NCBI GenBank assembly: GCA_964485575.1
Contig: CAZAJO010000005.1
Span: forward strand, 1,389 to 65,388
Direction: 5' to 3'
From: an uncultured Gammaproteobacteria bacterium
GTDB lineage: Bacteria; Patescibacteriota; Microgenomatia; Levybacterales; GWA1-39-11
DNA length: 64,000 bases
The notes under the pieces were generated by a model. That model was not told the DNA's origin. It did no database searches and saw nothing but the letters and a program-made list of their open reading frames with translations. The translations under genes and the position numbers were made by a program. Below, piece after piece: positions 46,044 through 56,569 of this stretch; positions within the stretch are counted from its first letter, which is position 1; every line of letters begins with the position of its first letter.

Positions 46044-47106
46044 ATATTTTTAATGTCTTTGTAACCGCATCATCCCAAGAAAATTTTTTACTTTGTGATA
46101 GTCCTTTTTTGATAAGACTTTTTCTCAAAGCTTCATCTTGAAGGACCTTCTTCATCTTTTGCACTAGATCCTGACTATCTTCAGGATTGAAATACATGAC
46201 TGCATCGTCCCCAATTTCGGCAAAAGAACTGGTATCAGCACAAACCACGGGGCAGGAAAGACTCATTGCTTCTAAAATAGGCAAACCAAATCCTTCCATT
46301 AAAGAAGGGGATACAACTAACTTCGCATTAGTATAATAATCGAAAAGTGCCTGATCATCAATATCGTGGAGAAAGGAAACGTCGGAAAAACTACTCTCAA
46401 GTCTTTCGTAGAAAAAATCGTTTCTTCCAATACAAACCAGATCTATGTCCATCTCTTTGCGTAGAAGTAGATACGATGATAAAAGTCTCTTCAAATTCTT
46501 ATGGGGATAAGCGTTTCCGACATAGAGAATATAATTTTGTGAAACAAGATCTGTTTTTGATATACGGTCTTTTATAAGAGGGTCAAATCCCTCATACACT
46601 ACCTCTAACTTATTTATTGGCGCCTTATAATGATCTATCAATTCGTTCTTTGTTGCATTTGAGGGAACGATTATTTTTTTTGCTTTCTTAACTGCTGACT
46701 TTGTGATCTGCTTGTATGCTAAATATTTTGCATAATAAACCGGAAGTGCATGCGAACTTGATATCCCTGTCGGATAATGATCAATTATGAGATCGTGGAT
46801 TGTTATGACAAAACTTCCTCTATAAAAAACCGGGAAAGAAAAATAAGGGAAATGAACCAGGTCAAGATCGTGCCGTTCTAATATCTCTTTGAATTTCCAC
46901 TGCTCTGATATCGTATGCCACTTCACATCAGCTAGAACTTTCTTGAAATTCGGGTTCTTAAATTGCACTTCGTTAAATGCCTTACGAGTAAGAAATATTG
47001 TGAAGGTGTGAGAACTTTTTTTACTTTCCAGTCCAGTAACTATATTTCTGATGTAGCGGCCAACACCGCTTTCATACCATAACCGAGCATCGATACCTAT
47101 GTTCAT
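46021..47106 (-). CDS. GT4 glycosyltransferase
   Basis: IGIDAR, TIHDL, EGFGLPILEAM. Confidence 0.92.
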   Translation of the reverse strand: MNIGIDARLWYESGVGRYIRNIVTGLESKKSSHTFTIFLTRKAFNEVQFKNPNFKKVLADVKWHTISEQWKFKEILERHDLDLVHFPYFSFPVFYRGSFVITIHDLIIDHYPTGISSSHALPVYYAKYLAYKQITKSAVKKAKKIIVPSNATKNELIDHYKAPINKLEVVYEGFDPLIKDRISKTDLVSQNYILYVGNAYPHKNLKRLLSSYLLLRKEMDIDLVCIGRNDFFYERLESSFSDVSFLHDIDDQALFDYYTNAKLVVSPSLMEGFGLPILEAMSLSCPVVCADTSSFAEIGDDAVMYFNPEDSQDLVQKMKKVLQDEALRKSLIKKGLSQSKKFSWDDAVTKTLKIYESCNSV

Positions 47107-47121
47107 AGTTTATTCATTTAT

Positions 47122-47186
47122 AAAGTTAACGAGTTAAAAAGTTAAAGTGTTAACGCGTTAACACGTTAACAAGTGAACCCGTAAAC
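47122..47186. repeat. Octamer array forming a 62-bp imperfect palindrome
   Basis: gttaacga gttaaaaa gttaaagt gttaacgc gttaacac gttaacaa gtgaaccc gtaaac; perfect 18-bp palindrome at 47147-47164. Confidence 0.85.
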
Positions 47187-48079
47187 TACGATGTTAATTT
47201 TTTGAGCTTGATACCAATTTTAACCAAACCAGTAACTATTGGATTGTACTTATTCTTATAGTGCTTGTCATAAAATATTTCCATAGCTCGAAACCTGTGA
47301 TAAGTTGCAAGTTTTTTTGTAGATTTAGATGCTTTTGTTATACCTTTTGACACTTTCTTAATTCCGCTTGAGACTCCCTTCATATGTAATGCCGCAAATT
47401 CAGGGACAAAATAGATCTTATATCCTGCCTCTTTGATACGATAACAAAAATCAATATCCTCCCCATAAAAGAAGAAGTCCTCATCCCACCATTCTAATTT
47501 ATCACCAAGGCCGCGAGGCACTATCATAAATGATCCAGCCAAAGCATCTATCTCGTGCGTTTTAGAAAGATCGAGATATGTCATGTTGTATCCTCCAAAT
47601 TTCTTTGACTTGGGAAATACTTTTGATAGTCCTGAGAAATGGGATAATGCCCTAAAAGGAGTCGGAAAACCCCGATGTGATGAGTCGTCTAAGGTTCCAT
47701 CCGGCAATTTCATAAAGCATGTTGCTGCTCCACATTCAGGGTGCCCCTTCATGAATTCTATCATTCCATCGATTGTTTTTAAGTACATCTTTGTGTCAGG
47801 ATTTAGGAAAAGCAGATATTTTCCTGAGGATTTCTTTATTCCTAAATTATTCCCTTTAGAAAATCCATAGTTCCTGTCGTTATGAATATAAACTACTTTG
47901 TCATTGTCTTTGAAGTTTTCCAAAACAACATTCTTTGTCTCATCATTTTCACTGTTATCAGATATGATGATTTCAAACGTGTGATCAGTGGTCGTTTCCA
48001 GAACTGAATTAACACAACCGACAATAGTGTCAGTTGAATTGTAGGAAACGATTACTATGGATACGTCAAGACTTTTCAT
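47186..48079 (-). CDS. GT2 glycosyltransferase (WbbL-like)
   Basis: IVIVSYN, NYGFSKGNN, LNPD, FFYGEDID. Confidence 0.9.
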   Translation of the reverse strand: MKSLDVSIVIVSYNSTDTIVGCVNSVLETTTDHTFEIIISDNSENDETKNVVLENFKDNDKVVYIHNDRNYGFSKGNNLGIKKSSGKYLLFLNPDTKMYLKTIDGMIEFMKGHPECGAATCFMKLPDGTLDDSSHRGFPTPFRALSHFSGLSKVFPKSKKFGGYNMTYLDLSKTHEIDALAGSFMIVPRGLGDKLEWWDEDFFFYGEDIDFCYRIKEAGYKIYFVPEFAALHMKGVSSGIKKVSKGITKASKSTKKLATYHRFRAMEIFYDKHYKNKYNPIVTGLVKIGIKLKKLTS

Positions 48080-49251
48080 AAAGATTTTTTCCAGACTGAC
48101 ATCAACTCATTCCCAATCCCTTCCCAGTCGTAATATTTTTCGATAAGATTTCTTGAATTTCTGGCAAGCTTTTCACGCAGCATACTGTCATCATATAGTT
48201 GCTTGATTTTTTGTACGTATTCATCACCGGTTCTGGCACCCAAGAAATGTTCTCCCTCAAAAGCCCTAAGACCACCGAGTCTTTCAGGCTGGGCAACAAT
48301 AGGGATCCCCAACGACATCGCTTCAAGAACTTTAAAATTTGTTCCTCCGCCTATTCTTATCGGAAAAATAAGCATATCAGCCTTTCTATATTCTGCTATC
48401 AGATCTTCAACGAAATCTTTCATAATAATTCTTTTATTATTGAACTTAAATTTTTCATTACATTTCTTTCCGATTATGGTAAGTCTCACATCGTCGTCAA
48501 GCTTTTCAAAAACGTTCTTGTAAAAAAATTGGACTGCATCAACATTCGGGAAATAACTGAAATTACCGACAAACAAAATATTTTTTTTGATTGACGGGTC
48601 GTATTCATACTTGTAAAGACTTGGCTCTATACCATTTGCCACGATATGGCATTTCACTTTTGTCAGATCCCCTAAAAAATCAGCTTCTGATTGAGTTATC
48701 GTGGTTACCATATCTGCATTTTTGACCATATAAAGTTCTTCATTTTTCAAACGTTTCGCTTGATAATAAACAAATGGTTTTAGATAAAACTTTGAGAGTT
48801 CTTTTGCATAGTCGAAATACAGCTGGAACTCGATATTTTCAGTTCCTAAAATTTGTTTTACCCCCAAGCGTTTTAACTCCGGACCGATGAAAAAACCGGT
48901 ATAAGTAGATTCGAAGTGAACGATATCAATCTTCTCTTCTTTTACAAGGGCAATTATTTCAGAGAATACTTCCTCATTTTTATAGAGAGTCTGAAAAATA
49001 GACGAATTCCTGATCACAGTCTTTGTGAAATTTGTTATGGCGGAAAGTTTTGCCCTTTTTTTAACTTTTATGCTTTTGACCCCCAAAGCTAATATTTCAT
49101 TATTTGAATCGGGATTATAGTCTTTCCGGACGTAAGAATAGAGAAATACATCAGCTTTTTTTGCCGTATATTTCAAGAGGTGATACGCCCTATTTTTACC
49201 ACCTGAAGTGGTTGGGTAAGGAAAATCGTATGTTACAAAAAGAACCCTCAT
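48076..49251 (-). CDS. GT4 glycosyltransferase
   Basis: FPYPTTSGG, GGGTNFKVLEAM. Confidence 0.88.
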   Translation of the reverse strand: MRVLFVTYDFPYPTTSGGKNRAYHLLKYTAKKADVFLYSYVRKDYNPDSNNEILALGVKSIKVKKRAKLSAITNFTKTVIRNSSIFQTLYKNEEVFSEIIALVKEEKIDIVHFESTYTGFFIGPELKRLGVKQILGTENIEFQLYFDYAKELSKFYLKPFVYYQAKRLKNEELYMVKNADMVTTITQSEADFLGDLTKVKCHIVANGIEPSLYKYEYDPSIKKNILFVGNFSYFPNVDAVQFFYKNVFEKLDDDVRLTIIGKKCNEKFKFNNKRIIMKDFVEDLIAEYRKADMLIFPIRIGGGTNFKVLEAMSLGIPIVAQPERLGGLRAFEGEHFLGARTGDEYVQKIKQLYDDSMLREKLARNSRNLIEKYYDWEGIGNELMSVWKKSL

Positions 49252-50733
49252 TTATTTGGAAAGTGTGGCTACGATATCGGGTTGGCAATTGCGAAGATCA
49301 ATGATCACATATGTTCCGGTTTTTTCAACGACTGTACACTTTGCTATCCAATAGTTAGTAGTATCATCAAAATTTACAGACACTAAGTGAGTCGCGCCTT
49401 CTTTTATGTATTGAGGAATCTTGTCTCCCCCATAGGTAAATCCGTGTCTATTCGTCTGATACAGAAATGCCGAATCATTGTCGTAAGGAGCAATAACTAT
49501 TGCGTCTTTGGGCAATATCCTATCGACTGCTTTACCCGCCTCAACAATTTCAGGATGGTTGATGTTAAAGTATCCTCTAACCTCATACCACCCAAATGCA
49601 AACATCATCATAAGTAAGGCAACTCCAACTAAAGCGTTTACTCCCCGCCTTACCTGTCCTATGCCGTGAGTCAGTAAAAAATCAAATCCAAGAGCTATCA
49701 AAACGCACCCGATAGGCACAATCGGCATTTGGTAGTAATCGTGCGTCACATTTCCTTTAGCGATAACGACAAAGAATGCAAAAATCCCCAGGAGCCATGC
49801 GATATAAAAATATCCTTCCTTCTTTCTATGACTGCCAACAATCCCCAACCAAAAAAGAACAAATCCACCTGTCGCAAAGATGAGTCTATTCATTCGGTCA
49901 TATATAAGCCATCTGAAATAGGCACCAGTAAAACGAATGTTCCCTTGGTTAAATAACCACGTAGTTCCAAACATTCCCTCAGGGTGTTGATAGATGTGAT
50001 GCCTCCACCATAAGAATGGTACAAGAACCAAAAGTGAAAAAACGTACACACTCCATTTCAGAACCAACCTCCATCCCCATTTTCTGTAAAAAAGATAGAA
50101 AATCGGGATTACAAGAACTAGCGCATACGGTTTTTCAAGAATCGCCAATGTCCCGGCTATTCCTGAAAGAATCATAAATATGATGTTTTCTTTCTCCAAC
50201 CATTTGCTTACAAGATAAAGCGTTGTGACACTAAAGAATATATACATGGGATCAGGCAGGATGACTTGTCCATAAAAGATGTTATATGGCAAGAAAGCAA
50301 ACACCAACGAAGCAACAAGAGCAACTCTCTTTGAAGAATAGAAAGACACCAGAAGATACATGAAAAGAATCGTTGATACTGAAAAGAAAATGCTGATCAT
50401 CCTGGCATATTCTTCATGGATCCCAAATTTTTGATACGCGAAGTAAGTAAGTATGTTGTAGAGCGGAAATTCTGCAAAAAAGTATCTGTTAGGATTTGGC
50501 TGCCCTGTTTCATTGAGAGGATTTAGAGCATCATACTGAGGATAGAAAGGATTGAATCCGTCTTTCACAAAATTCCGAGAAACAGCAGCAGTGTCTGCTT
50601 GACGCCAACTATGCCAATCTGCAACAGGGTTGTGGATCCTATATGTCCTAACAAAAATTGCCCCAAGAATGATTGGAATCAGCAAAAGAATCGTATATTT
50701 TGAATCAAAAAGAATATCTAGTATTTTTTTCAT
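49252..50733 (-). CDS. ArnT/PMT-like GT-C glycosyltransferase
   Basis: DWHSWRQADT, EFPLY, about 11 TM, HDYYQ. Confidence 0.8.
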   Translation of the reverse strand: MKKILDILFDSKYTILLLIPIILGAIFVRTYRIHNPVADWHSWRQADTAAVSRNFVKDGFNPFYPQYDALNPLNETGQPNPNRYFFAEFPLYNILTYFAYQKFGIHEEYARMISIFFSVSTILFMYLLVSFYSSKRVALVASLVFAFLPYNIFYGQVILPDPMYIFFSVTTLYLVSKWLEKENIIFMILSGIAGTLAILEKPYALVLVIPIFYLFYRKWGWRLVLKWSVYVFSLLVLVPFLWWRHHIYQHPEGMFGTTWLFNQGNIRFTGAYFRWLIYDRMNRLIFATGGFVLFWLGIVGSHRKKEGYFYIAWLLGIFAFFVVIAKGNVTHDYYQMPIVPIGCVLIALGFDFLLTHGIGQVRRGVNALVGVALLMMMFAFGWYEVRGYFNINHPEIVEAGKAVDRILPKDAIVIAPYDNDSAFLYQTNRHGFTYGGDKIPQYIKEGATHLVSVNFDDTTNYWIAKCTVVEKTGTYVIIDLRNCQPDIVATLSK

Positions 50734-53700
50734 TTATTTTTTGGTTATCCTTTTTAGACTTCCATCCGGCTGGAACTCAAATGCCCATTTTGTCAGAGAT
50801 GAAAAGACATCTTGAGGAACATCACTGACGGTAGGAACAGTTATGACATTTACGGTATCTGACTTGAAAGCAAACCACACCGCATCAGAAAGTCCAACTG
50901 GCAAGATCCATGCGTTACCACTCTTTACTGGGACGTTTGCAAAATAAAGATCGACTTTTTGCTCGGACCATGCATCAGAATACAGTGAATCGATTGATGC
51001 TAAAAAGCGCTGTATTTTTTCACCGGACCCATTCCACTCAATTATCGCCTGTTGGGCTTGGACAACATGCACCAGACAAAAAACAGCAACAAGAGTCCCT
51101 ATGGCAGAAATCGCCACATCTTTACCATAAGACAGAAGGTATCTATATAATTTCGCTATAAAAACAACGAAAATCATAATAACCCCAAACGAAGCAAGAT
51201 AGGAGTATCTGAATGTTATGTTACCAAGGCCTAAGAACGGAAGAAGACATATGATGATAAAAAGGGAAGAGAATAAGATAATCCTTTTTTCATTTTGTGA
51301 GAGATTTTTGATAAGTATCTTCCCTCCAAAATATGCTAAAACCCCAAAGATAACCAGAATAAGAAGCGCAACAGGTATGTTGGTTTTTGTAGCATCACGC
51401 AATTTTTCGTAGAAAGGATAGCTTAACGGTCCGAAGAGTGAGATAAGTACATACCCAATAGTATTCCCGACTGCGTTGAATGGTAATTTTAAGATGTTGT
51501 AACTATAGTCCCCATTAAACCAGTGGGTATGAGACATGACTCTTACGACAAAATAAATAACATCAGGAATGAAGATGAGCAAGAATAATTTATTCTTCAG
51601 GAATTCGAAAATAGATTTCAGACCGTAATTTGGAAGTTCAATGAAAAGATATGCCATCATCAAGAATGGTGTTACAATCCCTAGCTCATAGAAAGTGAGG
51701 GCTATCAATGACGACACAAGCGAAACTGATAAGAAGAATATATTTTTCGTCTCGTGCCATTTTATGAACATGAGAAGTCCTAAAAGGATGAATACTGCAT
51801 TGAATAAATGACCGGTTGCCGATATCCACAGTACTATTTCTATGTAACCACTGGCAACCAAAAACATCAGGCTTGATGCAGCTGCCATCATGTTATTCTT
51901 AAATATTTTTCTTGAGACGAGATATAGAAGAATTACAACAATTAGATGAAGCCCAATCGAAACCATGTGGTAGACAACTTGATTGAGCGAGAAGAAATGA
52001 TAAAAAACAAGGAAATATGCCTTGGTCCCGGGTCTATAGAAGAATCCGGCCGAGTTGAAGAAGTATGAGAATATCGTCGATGGGACACTACCACAAGTCT
52101 GCATAAGATACTTACAATCTGCTGCCCACCGGAACCAGGTAAAGTCATCACCAATAAAATAACTCCCGATTGTTGTTGAAAAGATAGCTGTAGTCATGAG
52201 AATAAAATAAGTTATCGTGGCATAAGTTGAAGATGCTATCTTCACAAGCTCTTTGTATAAATTGAAATGTTTCGTCTGGTACAAAGACAATGCGCCAACG
52301 ACAACTCCAACAAGCAACCACAGAGTAAAAGCTACCTTCGATGCTTCAAAAACATCAATTAAGGTAGCGTTTAGGGCAAGTCCAATTACCCCAGCACTAA
52401 ATCCTAAGATAAAATACCGAATGACCGGTGAATCAACGCTTGGAAGTACTCTCTTGATATATACTCCAAGAACGATAAATATCAAAAGGAAAGATACCGT
52501 ACCCAATAACCCAGTCTCTCCAAGCAATCTGAGGTAGTTATTATCAACAGCCAAGCTGACCGATCCATATCCGCTTCCGAAAAACAAATTTCTCGTAAAT
52601 GCGAGCAATGTTTTTGGCCATTCACCCTGAAATCTCGTCGTAAATGATAGATCATATGCAGATGCCTTCTTGACGAGGTAGTCACCTTGGACGATCTGGA
52701 TTGCAGCTGAATCGGTAGCCTTTCCTGGAGGATATTCATAGAAAAAGTTTGGCAGTCTTTTTGTAACCGGGGACAATGACAGATTTATATATGAACTTCC
52801 CTGCGGTAATGTCTCACCGGTCGAGGTGACTACAGCATCAATGATGGCAACATTTGTTGGTAGTAGGTATTTCCTCAGGGCAAAAGGAACATGATCTGAG
52901 GCTGGATATTTATACAATGGGGTCAGTGATTCTGTCGTAGTGTCCACTTTATCTTTCTCTTGAAGAAGTGTTCTCTCGCTTAAGTACTTTCTTGGAGCAA
53001 ATCTGACCTGCCCAATTGGTGCGCCAGTTGCAGCATCAACCAAAACATCAACCTCTTTCACGGTGTTATCAAACCGTGCCAGAAGTGAGGAACGGGAATA
53101 AAGAAATACAGCTCCAACTATGAGTATCAAAGGAACAAACAGAAAAATAAGTTTTTTCTTGTAAAAGAGAAACGTTACAAGAAGAGCGACAGCTAGAGCA
53201 AAAAAGGATACCCGAGAAACGGTCAGAAACATAAGCGCCAACCCTAACGCTGCGGTTATCAAAAGGAAAATTTTTATAAAAATATTTTTGAACCCAAAGA
53301 AAAGACTCACTAAAATTGGGATAATTAGAACCAAATAAGCGGCGAGGTCATAATGCCCTGCAAAAGTTGATGATACTCTGTTGAGAGGTGAAATAAGTAT
53401 TGGAATACCCTTCGCATACTCTTCATTCATGGTGAGATAGGCTGGAAATGATAGATATTTCTGTCCAAACCCGTAAAGAATAACTCCAAGAAGTGTTACT
53501 ATGACGGTCCATATCGAAGCAAACACAAATTTTTTGCTTTTGACTGCGGAGAAAGCAACGAAGAATAAACTGAGGTATTCGATGTGACGAAGATATTCAA
53601 GTAAAGCGACATTTGGGAATACATCTTTGATCTGAGGAAAGATAATAACGACACCATGAACTGTTACTATTGCACCAACTATCCAAAAGGCCATAATTGG

Positions 53701-53916
53701 GATAGTCAAAGGAGACTTGAGGGTAACCTTCTTTTTGACAAGCATCACAAACCAAACCAGAAGGACAAAAAGCACGAGGAAATCCTCAACTCTAACATAA
53801 ACCCAAGTATTTTTAACGTCAATTAAGGGTAATTTTGGATAGAGCGGTATAAAAAGCATCAAAAGGAGGACTAGGGATGGAAAAAGATATTTCAGGATAG
53901 TGTTAAATAACTTCAT
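50734..53916 (-). CDS. O-antigen ligase/polymerase-like domain fused to a GT-C domain
   Basis: RVSSTF, TVSR, DNNYLRLLGETG in N-terminal half; GDDFTW, FYRP and many TMs in C-terminal half. Confidence 0.7.
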   Translation of the reverse strand: MKLFNTILKYLFPSLVLLLMLFIPLYPKLPLIDVKNTWVYVRVEDFLVLFVLLVWFVMLVKKKVTLKSPLTIPIMAFWIVGAIVTVHGVVIIFPQIKDVFPNVALLEYLRHIEYLSLFFVAFSAVKSKKFVFASIWTVIVTLLGVILYGFGQKYLSFPAYLTMNEEYAKGIPILISPLNRVSSTFAGHYDLAAYLVLIIPILVSLFFGFKNIFIKIFLLITAALGLALMFLTVSRVSFFALAVALLVTFLFYKKKLIFLFVPLILIVGAVFLYSRSSLLARFDNTVKEVDVLVDAATGAPIGQVRFAPRKYLSERTLLQEKDKVDTTTESLTPLYKYPASDHVPFALRKYLLPTNVAIIDAVVTSTGETLPQGSSYINLSLSPVTKRLPNFFYEYPPGKATDSAAIQIVQGDYLVKKASAYDLSFTTRFQGEWPKTLLAFTRNLFFGSGYGSVSLAVDNNYLRLLGETGLLGTVSFLLIFIVLGVYIKRVLPSVDSPVIRYFILGFSAGVIGLALNATLIDVFEASKVAFTLWLLVGVVVGALSLYQTKHFNLYKELVKIASSTYATITYFILMTTAIFSTTIGSYFIGDDFTWFRWAADCKYLMQTCGSVPSTIFSYFFNSAGFFYRPGTKAYFLVFYHFFSLNQVVYHMVSIGLHLIVVILLYLVSRKIFKNNMMAAASSLMFLVASGYIEIVLWISATGHLFNAVFILLGLLMFIKWHETKNIFFLSVSLVSSLIALTFYELGIVTPFLMMAYLFIELPNYGLKSIFEFLKNKLFLLIFIPDVIYFVVRVMSHTHWFNGDYSYNILKLPFNAVGNTIGYVLISLFGPLSYPFYEKLRDATKTNIPVALLILVIFGVLAYFGGKILIKNLSQNEKRIILFSSLFIIICLLPFLGLGNITFRYSYLASFGVIMIFVVFIAKLYRYLLSYGKDVAISAIGTLVAVFCLVHVVQAQQAIIEWNGSGEKIQRFLASIDSLYSDAWSEQKVDLYFANVPVKSGNAWILPVGLSDAVWFAFKSDTVNVITVPTVSDVPQDVFSSLTKWAFEFQPDGSLKRITKK

Positions 53917-54803
53917 GATATGTTCTTCAAGGCCTTTTGATAGGTTTCAACTAGCGTCCGTCTTCCGAAAACACTTGCAATAAAAATTATAAGTGCGGCC
54001 TTCAAACTAAGCAAGTTCTTGACGTACTGTTGCATAAAAAGACTACTGTGTTTTGAGTTGAATATCTGAATACCTTTATAAATATTTACGATGGCAAATT
54101 CCCGGTTAGAACTACCTTGACCTTGATGTCTTATCACAGCACATGGCATATAAATAGTCTTAAATCCCAATTCTTTTGCGCGGAAGCAAAGGTCCATATC
54201 CTCAACATACATAAAGTAGTCCGCGTCGTATCCATTCAACTGCTTGAAAACTTCGCCTCTGATAGCGACAAACCCACCACTCACATAGTCGACTGTGGTA
54301 GTTTTTTTGGGAGCAAACCGCAGCGAAAAGATATTCTCCAACCCAATGGCAAACAAAAAGAATGTTACCGCGTTGTAGAATTTTCCTGCTGTTTTTTCAT
54401 CTTGCCCTTTCGAATCAACAAGTCTTAACCCCACAACACCCAATTTGTTGTCTGTTTGAAATCTATCAATCAATGCCTCGAAATCCGATTCCAAAAGTTG
54501 GGAATCCGGATTTATTATGACTAAAATCTCTCCATTCGCTTTTTTAGCGGCAAGATTGATACCACTTGCGTATCCTAGATTTTCCTTACTTTTTTCAAAT
54601 TGAACATGTCCCTCCCATTCTTTTTTTTCGGAAAGATACTTTGAGATTTTTTGGATCGTGTCATCTGAAGAATCATTGTCAACAATAACAATCTCAAAAT
54701 CCCCTTTCTTTAATTTTGAATCAATTTTTTCAGATAGAGAATCCAAAAGAGGATATATATAGGAAGAAGAATTATAGGTAAGAATTAGAAATGAGATGGG
54801 CAT
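53913..54803 (-). CDS. GT2 glycosyltransferase
   Basis: LTYNS, VDNDS, INPD, FMYVEDMD; likely start ATG 54803. Confidence 0.88.
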   Translation of the reverse strand: MPISFLILTYNSSSYIYPLLDSLSEKIDSKLKKGDFEIVIVDNDSSDDTIQKISKYLSEKKEWEGHVQFEKSKENLGYASGINLAAKKANGEILVIINPDSQLLESDFEALIDRFQTDNKLGVVGLRLVDSKGQDEKTAGKFYNAVTFFLFAIGLENIFSLRFAPKKTTTVDYVSGGFVAIRGEVFKQLNGYDADYFMYVEDMDLCFRAKELGFKTIYMPCAVIRHQGQGSSNREFAIVNIYKGIQIFNSKHSSLFMQQYVKNLLSLKAALIIFIASVFGRRTLVETYQKALKNIS

Positions 54804-54807
54804 AAAT

Positions 54808-55413
54808 TTAGCGGAACCAAGCTGCCCTTCCAAGCTTGTATGTCAATGTTGATTCGTCACGTGTACCAATTTCTTTTGCCGGAACTCCTCCAACAATTGT
54901 TAACGGTGGTACATCCTTTGTGACGACTGCTCCTGCACCAACAACAGCACCGCGTCCGATAGTGACCCCTGGCAAGATAATAGCCCTTGGACCTATAAAG
55001 ACGTAGTCCTCAATAACGACTGACTCTTTTACAGTATCTTCAACTGTCGCAAAATTTGCGGATTTTATATCATGTTGTGAATTGTAAATCATAACCTCTG
55101 ATGCAATATCAACGTGATTTCCAATAGTAAGTGGGGCCCTTCCATCAAGGACAGCAAACTCACCAATTATTGTGTCCTTTCCAATTTTAATGTTTGAAGG
55201 CTTGTAAAATCTTGTTCCCATATGAAGTGCTGAACCCTTTCCTATTTCGACACCGGATATTCTGTATAAAAACCTTCGATAATGATGGAAAGGAACAAAT
55301 CCTGCGATGTGAAGTTTAAAAACCCAGAATTCAAGAAGAATTGTTTTAATTCTAAATAATGCCTTGCTTGAAACTTCATTTCCAGATAGTTCGCGTCCTG
55401 TTTTGTCTTTCAT
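54808..55413 (-). CDS. Hexapeptide O-acetyltransferase
   Basis: LbH repeats, VVTKDV, GGVPAK. Confidence 0.88.
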   Translation of the reverse strand: MKDKTGRELSGNEVSSKALFRIKTILLEFWVFKLHIAGFVPFHHYRRFLYRISGVEIGKGSALHMGTRFYKPSNIKIGKDTIIGEFAVLDGRAPLTIGNHVDIASEVMIYNSQHDIKSANFATVEDTVKESVVIEDYVFIGPRAIILPGVTIGRGAVVGAGAVVTKDVPPLTIVGGVPAKEIGTRDESTLTYKLGRAAWFR

Positions 55414-56534
55414 AGTTTAACTCCCGCTACTTCTTCAATTGCACTAAGTACTTCTTTTGCTGCTTTCTCCCATGTAAATTTCTTATAATGTTCCCGTCCA
55501 CGCTCTATCATTTTCTCCCTTAAAGATCTATCTGTCAAAACTTTTTCGATTGATTTCTTGATATCATCAACATCCTCCGGCTCAAAATATTGCGCAGCAT
55601 CCCCACCAGCTTCCGGAAGAGAAGAAACGTTACTTGTAATTACAGGGCATCCATATCGCATTGCTTCTAAAACTGGTAATCCAAACCCCTCGTAAAGACT
55701 TGGAAGCACAAAAACTTCAGCCTTTCTATAGAAATTCGGAAGATCTTCATCTGAGATGTAATCAAGAAACACAACCTTGTCTTTTACGTTATACTTTTCA
55801 GGAGCAGACAAAATGTCTTCATACAACCATCCTTTTTTACCTATTATCACTAATTGGTGGTCTGATGAAATTTCTTTGGGAAGTCTTGAAAATGCTTCAA
55901 TAAGTCTTGAAATGTTCTTCCTCGGCTGAAGAGTTCCGACAAAAAGGATGAATTTTTGATTGACTCCAAATTCTTTTAGATCTTTTTCAGAGGGTGCATT
56001 CATAGATAAATTCTTTAGTCCCAAATGTACAACTTTTACTTTTTCCGGCCTTACTTTGTAGTACTTAATTATATCATTTTTACTACTATTACTAATGGTT
56101 ATGACTTTCTTTGCTTTCTTAACCGAATATTCAGTCCATTTTGTCAATTGATACAGATCATTTTTCTTGAAAGTTTGTGGATAGTGAAGATACGACAAAT
56201 CCATGACAGAGACTATTGTAGGGATTCTGGAAAAACGTGGTCCGTAGTGTGTCAATGTCAGAAAAACATCAGGCTTTCTTGATGTCGTTATGAGATGGAT
56301 TGGAAGCCCGATTTGAGTCCAAAGCTTTGACGGTTTTACAACTTTATAGTTCCACCACGAAGTTTTATTAGGCAAATGCTCCAAAGGATCAGACTTCAGA
56401 TAGATCGTATAGTTATAGTCATTATCATTTACCTCACGAAATGCATAAAGCTTTATCAGTATTTGATATGCGTACTCAGAAATTCCGACGCGGGAGAGAA
56501 CATTTGCCTCATTTGCATCAATACCGATATTCAT
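55410..56534 (-). CDS. GT4 glycosyltransferase
   Basis: VGTLQPRKN, EGFGLPVLEAM. Confidence 0.92.
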   Translation of the reverse strand: MNIGIDANEANVLSRVGISEYAYQILIKLYAFREVNDNDYNYTIYLKSDPLEHLPNKTSWWNYKVVKPSKLWTQIGLPIHLITTSRKPDVFLTLTHYGPRFSRIPTIVSVMDLSYLHYPQTFKKNDLYQLTKWTEYSVKKAKKVITISNSSKNDIIKYYKVRPEKVKVVHLGLKNLSMNAPSEKDLKEFGVNQKFILFVGTLQPRKNISRLIEAFSRLPKEISSDHQLVIIGKKGWLYEDILSAPEKYNVKDKVVFLDYISDEDLPNFYRKAEVFVLPSLYEGFGLPVLEAMRYGCPVITSNVSSLPEAGGDAAQYFEPEDVDDIKKSIEKVLTDRSLREKMIERGREHYKKFTWEKAAKEVLSAIEEVAGVKL

Positions 56535-56569
56535 ACTGTTAATTGTATAATAACTATTATACTTAGAAC

